Source: a virus (taxonomy: Duplodnaviria; Caudoviricetes). Taken from it: a DNA stretch of 64,000 nucleotides. Location: positions 1 through 64,000 of the IMG/VR virus record IMGVR_UViG_3300028832_000130; one strand, given 5' to 3'. Every line of letters starts with the position of its first letter. Positions within the stretch are counted from its first letter, which is position 1. A model generated the notes under the pieces. The model had not been told where the DNA came from and searched no databases. It saw only the letters and a list, made by a program, of their open reading frames with translations. This document shows, in pieces, positions 43,265 through 53,612 of this stretch. A program made the position numbers and the translations under genes.

Positions 43265-45390
43265 ACGAGAACCACAACCGCCGCCAGCTTATCTACGGCC
43301 CATATGACCAACTCACGGGTATAGGCTGCTACGGTTTTGCAGAAGGTCTTCGCAAGCGCGTAGTCATTCCAGACTGCATGATACCAGAAATGTTTGTCAT
43401 GAAGGAAACCTTAGAGACTGGTATCTTCCATGAGGTGTTGCGCTTCGGCACTATTCGCAGGTTTATTGAAGAGGGCTGTCACAGAGACTATGATGCTGAC
43501 TACCATCAGGACGTAGAAGAGGCATTGTTCCAAGCTCGTTGTGCTGACGATCCGGAGTTTGCATTTATCATTACTGACAAGATTGTGGATAAGGTGTCTG
43601 GCAAGATGATACCTTTCACCCTTCGCTATGCCCAGCGAGTACTCTTGAAGGTGTTTGAAGAGCGCAGACGTGCTGGTAAGGCTATCCTTGTTGTATTGTT
43701 GAAGGCTCGTCAGTGGGGTGGTTCTACGCTTACACAGATGTATATGAAGTGGATGCAGGGCTATCGCCACCCGAATGGATGGAACGCCGCTATCGTCACG
43801 CAGGCAGACTCTACCTCTAAGAAGATTAAGGCTATGTACCGCAAATCTTTGGAGGTTCAGCCCGGATGGACGATTGGTATGCCTGGTGCCAAACTGGAAA
43901 TGACACGCTACGAGAACTCTGACTCTGACTTTCAGATATCCGATGGAAAATTCCTTGTCCGTTCTTCCATTCTCTCTATTGCATCGTTCAACTCCTTTGA
44001 GAAGTGTCGTGGTGACAACTACAAGCTGGCACACTTCTCTGAGGTGGCATCGTGGAAGAAGACTCCCGAACACGACCCTGACGAGGTGCGCGCCAATATC
44101 CAAGGTGGTTTCTTAAATCTGCCCGACGAGATGGCGGTCTATGAGTCTACGGGTAAGGGTAACTCTGGCTTCTTCTACGACTTGTGTCAGGACGCTATGG
44201 CCGAAAACTCCACCTCTGCCTACTCCTTTGTGTTCATTCCTTTCTTCCTCATTGAGCAGGACATGAAACCCATGTGGCACAATGGCTTTACAGAGAAGGA
44301 GGAAGAAGAGTTTGCAGAATGGCTGTGGGCTAACCGCAACAAGGACAGTGAGGTGCCTGGATTCCGTGAGTCGGGCAAGTTTTTCTGGAAGATATGGAAG
44401 ATGGGCGCTTGCTTTGAGGCTATCAACTGGTATCGCTATAAGCGTAACGAGCACAAGACGCATGGTTATATGGCTTCTGAGGCTCCCATCGACCCCGTTG
44501 AGGCTTTCCGTAATTCTGGTAACGCAGTCTTTGACCCATACTCCATCGACGACCTCAAAGACGACTGTCAGGCACCAAAGAAGCCGATGTACTATGCCGA
44601 TGTGGTACTTAAACCCTTCGAGAAACGTTCTCGTGCTGTCTATCTGGATGCAAAGGTTGTTGTTCGCGAGGACAACCAAGGCGAGTTAAAGGTTTGGTCT
44701 GCCCCCAACAACCACATCTTCAAGGTCAAGAACCGCTACCTTGTCTCAGTCGATATTGGTGGTGCTTCCGACAAGGCTGACTATACGGTAATGACTGTCA
44801 TTGACCAGATGGGATTGTGTAAGGAGGTCAAAGGCCGTCCCCGTGTGGTAGCCCGTTGGCGAGGCCATGTCCGTCACGATATTCTTGCATGGAAAGCTGC
44901 TGCCTTGGCTCACTACTACGACGATGCTCTGCTGATTATCGAGAGTAACACGGCAGACCGAGAGAAAGATACCAATACCGAGGGCGACCACTTCGGAACC
45001 ATCATCAACGAGATTTCTAAGTTCTACCCCAATCTCTATCAGCGCAACAAGACTCCCGAAAGCGTGCAAGAGGGTATCGAACCCATCTACGGTTTCCAGA
45101 CCAACGTCAAGACCAAGCAGTGGATAATAGACAACCTTATTGCTTGCGTTGACGATAAGCTGTGGGAAGAACCAGACGAGCAGATGTATATGGAGTTGGG
45201 ATGGTATGAGCGCGACCCCGATACAGGCAAGATGGGCAACCAGCCAGGCTCTAACCGTCACGACGACGTGCTCATGTCTACTGCCATTGGTCTCTATGTA
45301 GCCTACAACAACGACATCTACCGTCCTTCATGGCGCACAGAAGCACCCAAGGAGAAGAAACAACGCATTCACACAGAAGCAGAAATATAA
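43237..45390 (+). CDS. terL: Terminase large subunit
   Basis: Walker A LKARQWGGST, Walker B AHFSEVASW, coupling motif YESTGKG, nuclease SVDIGG and C-terminal HDDVLMS. Start at MRQEIREL. Confidence 0.92.
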   Translation: MRQEIRELVNENHNRRQLIYGPYDQLTGIGCYGFAEGLRKRVVIPDCMIPEMFVMKETLETGIFHEVLRFGTIRRFIEEGCHRDYDADYHQDVEEALFQARCADDPEFAFIITDKIVDKVSGKMIPFTLRYAQRVLLKVFEERRRAGKAILVVLLKARQWGGSTLTQMYMKWMQGYRHPNGWNAAIVTQADSTSKKIKAMYRKSLEVQPGWTIGMPGAKLEMTRYENSDSDFQISDGKFLVRSSILSIASFNSFEKCRGDNYKLAHFSEVASWKKTPEHDPDEVRANIQGGFLNLPDEMAVYESTGKGNSGFFYDLCQDAMAENSTSAYSFVFIPFFLIEQDMKPMWHNGFTEKEEEEFAEWLWANRNKDSEVPGFRESGKFFWKIWKMGACFEAINWYRYKRNEHKTHGYMASEAPIDPVEAFRNSGNAVFDPYSIDDLKDDCQAPKKPMYYADVVLKPFEKRSRAVYLDAKVVVREDNQGELKVWSAPNNHIFKVKNRYLVSVDIGGASDKADYTVMTVIDQMGLCKEVKGRPRVVARWRGHVRHDILAWKAAALAHYYDDALLIIESNTADREKDTNTEGDHFGTIINEISKFYPNLYQRNKTPESVQEGIEPIYGFQTNVKTKQWIIDNLIACVDDKLWEEPDEQMYMELGWYERDPDTGKMGNQPGSNRHDDVLMSTAIGLYVAYNNDIYRPSWRTEAPKEKKQRIHTEAEI

Positions 45391-45404
45391 AAAAGACAAT
45401 AGCT

Positions 45405-48065
45405 ATGAACGAAAAGCAGCAACAACTAACATTCGACAAAGGAATAACCAATGTTCCCTCCGATGCTCTGTGCTCTGACAACACTTTGCAGGAATGTGTC
45501 GGCATGGTGTATGACAATGGAGAGCACAGGCCGATACAGAAGCCGTCAGTAAAGGCGACGGATTGCGAAGGTGTTGTCATGTTCATTCACAACCCCAACA
45601 GCAGCACAGAGAACTATATCTATGTTGAGGCCGACAACGATCTGGCATGGGGACAGAGGAACACAGATGGGAAAATCGAATTAATGGGGACCCTGGAGTC
45701 TGGCATCAACAAGGACGAGACACAGATAACTGCTATCGGCAAGACGCTCATCGTCAACAAACCGTCAGGACTGACCTATTACAGCTGGAAGGGAGAAGGC
45801 TACAGCCAGCTTGCTTCTGCCATTCCTGACATTGATATTGACTTTCGACTGATTATACCCGACGGGGGAGGACTCCATACCGAAGAAACGGGGGATGTAT
45901 CCGAATTCTTTAACGGGCCATATAGAGATGTTGTCGTCCAGCAAGAAGCCTGGAATGATACTGTTATAGGAACGTACCATGAATGCAAGAATTACATTGC
46001 CAAGGAGAAGAAAGGTTTTGTAGGCCCGTTTTTTATAAGAGCTGCCGTTAAGATGTACGATGGTTCCTATGTGAAACTGACGCCACCTATCCTTATTGTT
46101 CCGTCAGTGCAGGATAATCACTCTGGGTATTTCTATAATGGTGATGGACATTTTAAGATGACAATGTTCTATAGGGCATTGCAGTATAAGATAAACACGG
46201 ACTATTCAGACTATAGAGACTTGGTGACAAGTGTCGTAGTGTTTGTCAGTGACCAGGTAGAGACACACAACACGACTCAGTCTGAATACGGGTCACCGTA
46301 TTCTATGACGCGAGTCACTGAAGCCAACAACGTAGAACATGTATGTATCAGAAAAGCCGATAACGGAGGATATAGCGCTCGTTACAGTGATATTGTACAA
46401 TGTGGTGATAATTCTCAAGAAAGCAGTCAAGATTGGATATATAGAGCATGGGGATTCCGCGTCTTGAACAGAAGATCGGAAAACGACATCAACAAGGACC
46501 TGCAAGAGATAAGCATCTTCTATAAGCTTTTCGAAACTGAAGATATTTTCACTAATCTTACAATTTGGAATGATGCCAGCTCTGATATCAGAGACGGTGT
46601 CATGGGGAATATCAGGACACAAGAGCAACTACCAGACGAGTACTATGGTCACACAGAACGCTCTGGCTCTTATGCCTATGTGTATAACTCACGCCTCAAT
46701 CTGGCAAACGTTCAGCGTACCTTCTTTAAAGGGTTTAGAAAGTTGATGCCTTACGATTGGTATCTTAACAATACAGATACAAATGCTATTACAAAATACT
46801 ACGAAATATATGTTGACATAGAAACAGATGGAGGCGACATAACAGTAAAAGACTCATTTACCAGTTCAGAACGCTTCGGTTTATGGTTCTACTATCCAGA
46901 CCCAAGAGCAAAGCGAGTAAGGATATTCCAAAGAGCAATAGATGGTGGCCCTCTTATGCTTTTCCTGGACGAAAACCTAAAGGAGCATACTGGTCTAAAT
47001 GGCGCATACTACTTTGATGGTTTGCCGTTTGAGAGCGAATTTAATAAACTTCTTGAATTAGCAGATATTCCAACAGAAAGCACAGAACTTACGGAGACGC
47101 TGAACAATACCATTATCACTTCAGAGGTTAACAACCCGTATATCTTCAATGCCAGCGGCTATAACCAGGCAGGTGACGGAACGATATTCGCTGTAATAGC
47201 CAATACGAAAGCACTCTCACAGGGACAGTTCGGCCAGTACCCGCTGATGATATTCACAGATAAGGGTATATGGGCTATGGAGCTGAACAATACAGGACTC
47301 TTCGTATCTTCGACACCAGCATCCAGGGAGGTGTGCAACAATGCTGCTTCCATCGTGCAGACGGACGGTGCCATCTTCTTCTCGTCAGAGAAAGGACTGA
47401 TGGTTATGGTCGGCTCTGATGTGAAGTGTGTCTCTGAGCAGATGGGTGGCGACTTCAAAGACTTCCTCAAGCATGCAAAGATAGCCTACGACTACCGAGA
47501 CAGCTTGTTATGGATCATGGGTCCTGCTGACAGCTATGCATATATCTATGCCATCAAGAACGGCACCTTCCACAAGACTGACCTGCTGACAGTGGCAGGC
47601 CCGTTAGAGGATGATGTCCCTGTAAATGTTGTCAACAAATATCCCGACATGCTGATACAGGTAGACGATACGATATACTCTCTTCTGGAAAAGCCCTTGG
47701 AACATGACGATGACAACACATACCACGGCACGATTGTTACCCGCCCCATCAAGCTGGAGAATGGTCTTGCATTAAAGAGCATTATGCAGATAAGACACGT
47801 TTTGCAGTTCTCTCCATACACGGTGACAGAGACCCACGAAGAGGAAGAGGTGGAGGTAACACAACGTGGAACTATGACACTCCGCATATTTGCCTCAAAC
47901 AACCTCGACCCAGACCCAGACACATGGGTAGAACTTCACTCTCTGCGTGGCACCCCGTGGAAGTATTATAAGTTCCGCTACGACTTCGCAGACATGAAGG
48001 CTACGGATAGGTTTGCTGGCACAATGCTTATCACACAGGAAAGAAGAAGTAATAAGTTGCGATAA
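45405..48065 (+). CDS. Tail nozzle/stabilisation-like beta-propeller protein (podovirus type)
   Basis: About 886 aa, beta-rich, N-terminal FDKGITNVPSD; follows TerL; no tail tube or tape measure gene in the window. Confidence 0.6.
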   Translation: MNEKQQQLTFDKGITNVPSDALCSDNTLQECVGMVYDNGEHRPIQKPSVKATDCEGVVMFIHNPNSSTENYIYVEADNDLAWGQRNTDGKIELMGTLESGINKDETQITAIGKTLIVNKPSGLTYYSWKGEGYSQLASAIPDIDIDFRLIIPDGGGLHTEETGDVSEFFNGPYRDVVVQQEAWNDTVIGTYHECKNYIAKEKKGFVGPFFIRAAVKMYDGSYVKLTPPILIVPSVQDNHSGYFYNGDGHFKMTMFYRALQYKINTDYSDYRDLVTSVVVFVSDQVETHNTTQSEYGSPYSMTRVTEANNVEHVCIRKADNGGYSARYSDIVQCGDNSQESSQDWIYRAWGFRVLNRRSENDINKDLQEISIFYKLFETEDIFTNLTIWNDASSDIRDGVMGNIRTQEQLPDEYYGHTERSGSYAYVYNSRLNLANVQRTFFKGFRKLMPYDWYLNNTDTNAITKYYEIYVDIETDGGDITVKDSFTSSERFGLWFYYPDPRAKRVRIFQRAIDGGPLMLFLDENLKEHTGLNGAYYFDGLPFESEFNKLLELADIPTESTELTETLNNTIITSEVNNPYIFNASGYNQAGDGTIFAVIANTKALSQGQFGQYPLMIFTDKGIWAMELNNTGLFVSSTPASREVCNNAASIVQTDGAIFFSSEKGLMVMVGSDVKCVSEQMGGDFKDFLKHAKIAYDYRDSLLWIMGPADSYAYIYAIKNGTFHKTDLLTVAGPLEDDVPVNVVNKYPDMLIQVDDTIYSLLEKPLEHDDDNTYHGTIVTRPIKLENGLALKSIMQIRHVLQFSPYTVTETHEEEEVEVTQRGTMTLRIFASNNLDPDPDTWVELHSLRGTPWKYYKFRYDFADMKATDRFAGTMLITQERRSNKLR

Positions 48066-48171
48066 ATGTTAATTGTTATTAGTGTATTCATAGTTTGATA
48101 GTTTTAGGTTAGTAGTATTCTTTTTTGAAAATGGAAACGACCCGTCCGTGATGGATAGGTCGTTTCACTCT

Positions 48172-48525
48172 TTAGTCATCTTCTGACCGCTTTAATGGTA
48201 AAGGTTCCTGTACTATTTCTTCGTAGGGCACATAAGTGCCGTTATCGGGTAGCGAGACCCTGGAGCGCACCAACGCCTGCAGATCGTCGCGGTCTTTCTG
48301 TCTGTTGATGTTGATATTGATGTTCGTGTTCTTCTCAATACCCAACTTCACGGCCTCCATATACAGCTTCACCCACTGAACGGGAGCACCTTCTTTTATC
48401 AGCTTCATCGTCTCTTCAAACTGCTGGAAGTTGTTCTCCGTCCAGTTGGCCATCATGCCCTGCACAGTATCGGCAAGCTTGACTACTGCACCCCTGTTCC
48501 TTCTGACATCTTTTCCAACATCCAT
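48172..48525 (-). CDS. Hypothetical helical protein (possible small terminase)
   Basis: ORF track; function inferred from size and helicity only. Confidence 0.6.
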   Translation of the reverse strand: MDVGKDVRRNRGAVVKLADTVQGMMANWTENNFQQFEETMKLIKEGAPVQWVKLYMEAVKLGIEKNTNINININRQKDRDDLQALVRSRVSLPDNGTYVPYEEIVQEPLPLKRSEDD

Positions 48526-49031
48526 TTCATTTTCTCCTTTCTCTCTTTTCTTTCTTTAGTCCGCTTGCGGTTATTCTCACGGGTGTTAACGTATGAGGGT
48601 AGTTTTTCGTCTCTTACCTTGCCGTCTTCATCAAATACACCGTTACGGATAAAACCTCTTATAATACTTGCTCTTACGGGGCTGATAAAGAACTTTGGAG
48701 CTGGTTGCATAACGGCAAACTTCATGATGTAACTAAGGCTCTTGCCTATAAATTCCCGCTTTTCAGATAACTCTTGCACCACCTTGAATAGCGAGTAGTA
48801 CATTTCGCGACGTAGTGGCATCATCAAATCTATCCTTCTAAAGTTCCCCCTTATCATCGCAGCAATATTCTGGCTGGCTTGCCTTGGTGTGACATAGTAA
48901 CGTGGCGCAGGTTCGTTGACCATGCGCTCGTAAGCCTGATGCTGCGACCAGCACTCGCCACATACGCGCTTATAAGCAGCGATGAGGTCTTGATGCATCT
49001 GTTTCGATATGTCATAGTTTACTTTGCTCAT
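48483..49031 (-). CDS. Basic hypothetical protein (possible DNA-binding/late regulator)
   Basis: In-frame ATG of track ORF 48483..49100, directly downstream of a TAAATTTG box (49037-49044); internal duplication PAPRYYVTP / PAPKFFISP. Confidence 0.7.
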   Translation of the reverse strand: MSKVNYDISKQMHQDLIAAYKRVCGECWSQHQAYERMVNEPAPRYYVTPRQASQNIAAMIRGNFRRIDLMMPLRREMYYSLFKVVQELSEKREFIGKSLSYIMKFAVMQPAPKFFISPVRASIIRGFIRNGVFDEDGKVRDEKLPSYVNTRENNRKRTKERKERKEKMKWMLEKMSEGTGVQ

Positions 49032-49150
49032 GCCTGCAAATTTACGGAAAATCTTCCGTTTATGAAGATTTTTCGCTTCCATGCTATTAATGATTGCCAA
49101 TGATTATCAAAGATTATAATCCGTTTCCGACTTTCTTTCATTGTGTAGTT

Positions 49151-49190
49151 TCGGAATCGGAATAAACAATGTGGCGAAATCATATATTTG
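49151..49190 (+). promoter_or_regulatory. Late promoter, third copy of TCGGAATCGGAA-N20-TATATTTG
   Basis: Motif at 49151-49162 and -7 box at 49183-49190. Confidence 0.7.
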
Positions 49191-49212
49191 CGTGCAATAA
49201 AACGTTTTATTT

Positions 49213-49911
49213 ATGCCTACATTTAAAGAAGATTTACACTTGGGCCATAAGGTTCCTTTGGTTGAAACCGACGATATTAGCGATAAGGCGATAACGTCAA
49301 AAAAGATGGCCGACAATAGCGTGATATGGGACAAGCTAGGTAATGACGTAAAGACTCGCATTAACGCTATGTCTTCTGTCAACTTAAGCATTTCTCCTAA
49401 TGTCATTATGAAAGATTTGCAGAGCGAGGTGTATGTTGAGGCCCTAGCATACTATGACAATGACGAAATCCGCATCAAACGCAACGGTATAGACATTGCC
49501 GTGGGTAGCGAAAAGACCCTTGCTATTACAGATACTATCACGCCAACAGGAACGGAAGACATAGTATATACTGCAGAGTTTATTAAGGGCGACGATGTAA
49601 AGGCCGTTGACAAGACATTGCCAGTGGCACAGCCTATATACTACGGTGCGGGCCAAACCATCGAAGATGCCACAAACGTAGCTCCTCCCAGAACGTCAGT
49701 AAATGGCGAATACCACATAGCCGTTACTGCAGACGGAAGCTATCTATTCTTTATCGTGCCTAACAGCATGACTATTAATCGCGTTACAATGAACTCTTTT
49801 GAAGTTGGCTTTGATGAACCTACAACGGAAATCATTCACGGGTATCCATATAAGGTCTACAAGAGCAGTGACGCATACAATCAATTTGACGAAATCCTAA
49901 TAGTATCATAA
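49213..49911 (+). CDS. Virion fibre/collar-like beta protein
   Basis: The C-terminal domain is paralogous to 49915..50616. Confidence 0.75.
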   Translation: MPTFKEDLHLGHKVPLVETDDISDKAITSKKMADNSVIWDKLGNDVKTRINAMSSVNLSISPNVIMKDLQSEVYVEALAYYDNDEIRIKRNGIDIAVGSEKTLAITDTITPTGTEDIVYTAEFIKGDDVKAVDKTLPVAQPIYYGAGQTIEDATNVAPPRTSVNGEYHIAVTADGSYLFFIVPNSMTINRVTMNSFEVGFDEPTTEIIHGYPYKVYKSSDAYNQFDEILIVS

Positions 49912-49914
49912 GAT

Positions 49915-50616
49915 ATGACAGAAAAAGTATCGCATATCCCCACAAGAATAAAGAACGCTAAGGTTGGCGGTCATGTATGTGGAGCCACCGATATAGATGC
50001 TGGAGGTGGGAAAAACCAGTCAGAGGTTAACGGCGACCTTCAAGACCAGATCAACGAGATTGTAGGTAGTAGTGCCACTGTCAATCTTGCAGCATCTCCC
50101 TCGTTGATACTTGTAGGCAATGAGCCTGTTGAAATATCACTGTCTGCTACAGCCAGCAAGAGTGCTTTAAGTATTGTCATCGGGAAGGGAACGCAAATCA
50201 TTGCCAGTGGCAGTGGTACCAGCCTAAGTGGTACAGATACCATCACTCCTACTGAAGCAGGTGATATTCAGTATGGTTCCCAGTTTATCATAGCTGGGGT
50301 TACTAAAACAAAAAGTTGTATTGTGACAGCAGTATATCCTATCAGAACTGGCTCAGGTGCAGCGTATGTAGATGGTACTCCGCTGACTACTCCAAAGACC
50401 AGTCCTGCTGGCACCTACAATATCACCGTTGCCAATGATGGCGACTATGTGTACTTCAACGTGCCAGCAACCATGACCATTCACGGTGCTACCATGAGTG
50501 GCTTCACATTCCCTCTTGAAGAGCCTCAGAGTGTTACTATAGGTGGTGTTGCTTATAAGTCTTATAGATCAAGCAACACTTATGATGCAGGAACATTAAC
50601 AATAGTAATTTCTTAA
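49915..50616 (+). CDS. Virion fibre/collar-like beta protein
   Basis: Shares its N-terminal anchor with 50629 and its C-terminal domain with 49213. Confidence 0.75.
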   Translation: MTEKVSHIPTRIKNAKVGGHVCGATDIDAGGGKNQSEVNGDLQDQINEIVGSSATVNLAASPSLILVGNEPVEISLSATASKSALSIVIGKGTQIIASGSGTSLSGTDTITPTEAGDIQYGSQFIIAGVTKTKSCIVTAVYPIRTGSGAAYVDGTPLTTPKTSPAGTYNITVANDGDYVYFNVPATMTIHGATMSGFTFPLEEPQSVTIGGVAYKSYRSSNTYDAGTLTIVIS

Positions 50617-50628
50617 ATTAACAGAGAT

Positions 50629-53427
50629 ATGGAAAAAACAATTAAAATTGGTGGAGAGCTTGAATCAGTTGCTACTGGTGGTATTGTAGCAGCAGCATCC
50701 GCTATCAAGGATAAGGCAAAAGGCAAGTTCCAGGGTGAGATTAATGCTGAAGTAGATGCTTCTTTGGAAGATAGATACACTAAAGAGGAAACCTACAGCA
50801 AGCAAGAGCTTAACAGTCTGATCACGACTCCAAGTACCAACTATGAAGCCGTTGAGGCTACAGAGGAAACAACTGATGTTACTGACGTGCTTCCTGCCAC
50901 TGGTGAGGCTGACACTATCTACCGCGTGGGCTCTTGGGATGGTAGTCAGTACGACGCCACCAGCTACAGCGAATATGCCTGGAAAGGTAATGCTTACGTT
51001 CATCTGTCTACTAAGCCGCAGATAGGCGAGGTATTTGATATTTCTGCCTATCGTGCTACTGGTGGTACACTGGCAAAGTATGCTGACCTTGCAGCAGCTC
51101 TTGACGGTGGCAACAATGTTCCTTCTGGTCTTCGTAAGGGTGGTATGTCAGTCAAGTTTGTACAGAGTTCTGACAATAAGTATGTGCAGTATATGCTGGT
51201 CGCTAATCAGTGGAGTAACAATATCAGTGATTGGCAAAAAATTAATGATGTTGTGTCCTGCTACAAAGAAGTAAATTTCCACAGCAACCAATCAATGTAT
51301 AATTGGTTCAAAACTAATATTATTGGCATATACTTTAGCCCAGACAGGTCAAAGACGTTAGTTGATGGCGTAGAATATATATGCTCATACATCGGTATCA
51401 ATAATAGTTATGGGAATAATGCTTTGGGAATTAATTTGAAGTGTGTAGATACCGAAAATACAGAAGTGTTCCATGTAGCATTCTATTTACCAAATAGTAA
51501 CAACCTACAGCCACATTCTACATATCAATTGCTTCCGTATGGTGCTGGGCATCCAGAACAGTATGGCGATGTTTATATTAGAACGGCAGATAATTTTACA
51601 TGGACAACTGATTCTGCTTTAATCTCACATCCGTTTGATTTCGTCAACTTTGGTATAGGGAAAGATGTCATTCCTTTCATCAATTCAGCGATAACTCCAA
51701 TCTATACCCAAATAGAAGAAAATAGTCAAGCTATTAGCCAAGTGATAGAGAATAATCCTAAAACGTATGTGATAGTTAATATTCCATCAGGTTTTACAAG
51801 AGAGATAATTAAACTTATACAAGAGATATATGTAGAAACAGACCTTGACTTGGAGGGCTATAAGCTAATAGTGAAATATATAGCTTTGAACAGCAGCAGT
51901 TTAGGAGGTAATAATTTCTATGCAATACAACTTGCTGCTCTTAACCCAACAACAGGAACGACTATGTATGAGAGTAGTTTTATAGGGCGTGGTAGCAGTT
52001 GGAAAGCAGGCGTGTTATATCAGCTGTACAATTATGGTGCATCTGGTGTGCTAAACAATAGGGCACGTGTGTATATAAGAACTTCTTTAAATTTTTCTTG
52101 GCCTTCAGAAACTTATTTTGGTGGTGGCACTAATTATCCGCTTGAATTGACAGCAAACGGTTATGGGAAAAATGTTATTCCATATATTATGCTATCTCAG
52201 CAGCAGACATATAGAATAATAGATGCAACTGATATAGACTTGAATATTCTGAATTTAATAAAAGACTTTTTCATCGTTGGAGATCTAAGTATTCCAGATG
52301 ATAAAAAAGTTGTCATAACTTACATTGGATTTAATTCTAATAATTTAGGTGGAGAGGGAAAATTCGGAGTTCAAGTAGCATTGCTTGATATGTACGCCCA
52401 ATATTCTGAACAGACAAATATTGAGTGGGATGCTTCTACGTACAATTCAGATACACTATACAAAGGAACTATTACATCTGGTGGTAATAGTATCTTTGGC
52501 AATTGTTCTTTCTTTATTAGGACTGCTTCGAACTTCTCTTGGACTTCAAGTGTCGTTTTGAAAAATAATAATCCGACATTAGAGTTACTACCTGCATGTT
52601 ATGGTGAAAATATAATGCCATTCATTATTTCTTCGGAAAATAGAACTCCTGTATTAACTGTTGGAAAGAGTTCTGATTTCGATTTCCAATCTGTTACCGA
52701 AGCAGTTGCTGCTGCAAATGACGGTGATACCATAATTGTATATCCAGGTATTTATAGTAATGAAGTAATAGTTGCAAAGAATAAGACTGTGTATATTATT
52801 GGTATCGACAGAGACTCTTGTATTATAAAGAATAATTACGGTGAGTATTATAGACCTCCTATGGAAATGGCAAGTGGCTTACTTCGAAACTTGACTATAA
52901 TTCAAGAGAAAGATACATTAGACCAATATGGACTCGGTGCTTACGCTGTTCATCTTGATTTCAATTATATGAAAGATAAGACTATTAGAATAGAAAATTG
53001 CACACTTCAATCTAATTCTCCTTTGGCAGGAGCAATAGGAGTCGGATTGAGAGGTGGCTGCACACTTACCTTAAAGGGATGTCATTTAATTTCTGGCACA
53101 AGTAATAGGGCAATTGTAGTGCATGACAATAATAATAGTGAAGAGTATGATGGTTTACAGTGTTTCCATGCAGAAGATACTATATTTGAAACTGTATCAA
53201 GTGAACAAGTTGCAGTTCACATTCAAGGACAGGGTAATCCAAATAGAACATTTGAGGATAGCCAGTTCTATATAAGGTTTAATACATGCACTATTTATGG
53301 TACATTACTGTTCAACAACTACTATAATGATGCTGTTGTGACAGCAGATGATTTTGAGGGTGTACAGAACCTGCGCTTAGATAAACTGTCATATGGAAAT
53401 AACAAGTCAGAACTTAATGCTTTGTAA
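50629..53427 (+). CDS. Tail spike/receptor-binding protein with three internal repeats and a C-terminal pectin-lyase-like beta-helix
   Basis: LTVGKSSDFDFQSVTEAVAAANDGDTIIVYPGIY beta-helix start; repeats YIRTADNFTW / YIRTSLNFSW / FIRTASNFSW. Confidence 0.78.
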   Translation: MEKTIKIGGELESVATGGIVAAASAIKDKAKGKFQGEINAEVDASLEDRYTKEETYSKQELNSLITTPSTNYEAVEATEETTDVTDVLPATGEADTIYRVGSWDGSQYDATSYSEYAWKGNAYVHLSTKPQIGEVFDISAYRATGGTLAKYADLAAALDGGNNVPSGLRKGGMSVKFVQSSDNKYVQYMLVANQWSNNISDWQKINDVVSCYKEVNFHSNQSMYNWFKTNIIGIYFSPDRSKTLVDGVEYICSYIGINNSYGNNALGINLKCVDTENTEVFHVAFYLPNSNNLQPHSTYQLLPYGAGHPEQYGDVYIRTADNFTWTTDSALISHPFDFVNFGIGKDVIPFINSAITPIYTQIEENSQAISQVIENNPKTYVIVNIPSGFTREIIKLIQEIYVETDLDLEGYKLIVKYIALNSSSLGGNNFYAIQLAALNPTTGTTMYESSFIGRGSSWKAGVLYQLYNYGASGVLNNRARVYIRTSLNFSWPSETYFGGGTNYPLELTANGYGKNVIPYIMLSQQQTYRIIDATDIDLNILNLIKDFFIVGDLSIPDDKKVVITYIGFNSNNLGGEGKFGVQVALLDMYAQYSEQTNIEWDASTYNSDTLYKGTITSGGNSIFGNCSFFIRTASNFSWTSSVVLKNNNPTLELLPACYGENIMPFIISSENRTPVLTVGKSSDFDFQSVTEAVAAANDGDTIIVYPGIYSNEVIVAKNKTVYIIGIDRDSCIIKNNYGEYYRPPMEMASGLLRNLTIIQEKDTLDQYGLGAYAVHLDFNYMKDKTIRIENCTLQSNSPLAGAIGVGLRGGCTLTLKGCHLISGTSNRAIVVHDNNNSEEYDGLQCFHAEDTIFETVSSEQVAVHIQGQGNPNRTFEDSQFYIRFNTCTIYGTLLFNNYYNDAVVTADDFEGVQNLRLDKLSYGNNKSELNAL

Positions 53428-53472
53428 CTAACATAGTTATTGTAATAAGTAGGTACAAAAAAAGAAACAGGT

Positions 53473-53577
53473 ATGAACAAAGTAATAATATTCTTTCTCC
53501 TTGCTGTTGGCATAGCCATAGCAGGATGGATGGCATACCCGAAGTTCAAGGAACTATTTGAGATTCTGATAGGTTAA
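53473..53577 (+). CDS. 34-aa hydrophobic peptide
   Basis: MNKVIIFFLLAVGIAIAGWMAYPKFKELFEILIG, with an A-rich leader. Confidence 0.55.
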   Translation: MNKVIIFFLLAVGIAIAGWMAYPKFKELFEILIG

Positions 53578-53612
53578 ATCATATATATAGTTTTAGGTTT
53601 TTAGTTATCGGT

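Noticed and set aside
36174-47923. Many long antisense ORFs over the capsid, portal, terL and nozzle genes
   Set aside because: They are shadows of the strong codon bias of highly expressed genes on the opposite strand and carry no motifs.
34050-48525. Canonical prohead protease, tail tube, tape measure or lysis genes
   Set aside because: None is recognisable here. They may lie outside the window, so their absence is only suggestive.
50629-53427. Diversity-generating retroelement target
   Set aside because: No reverse transcriptase and no template/variable repeat pair is visible in this window.
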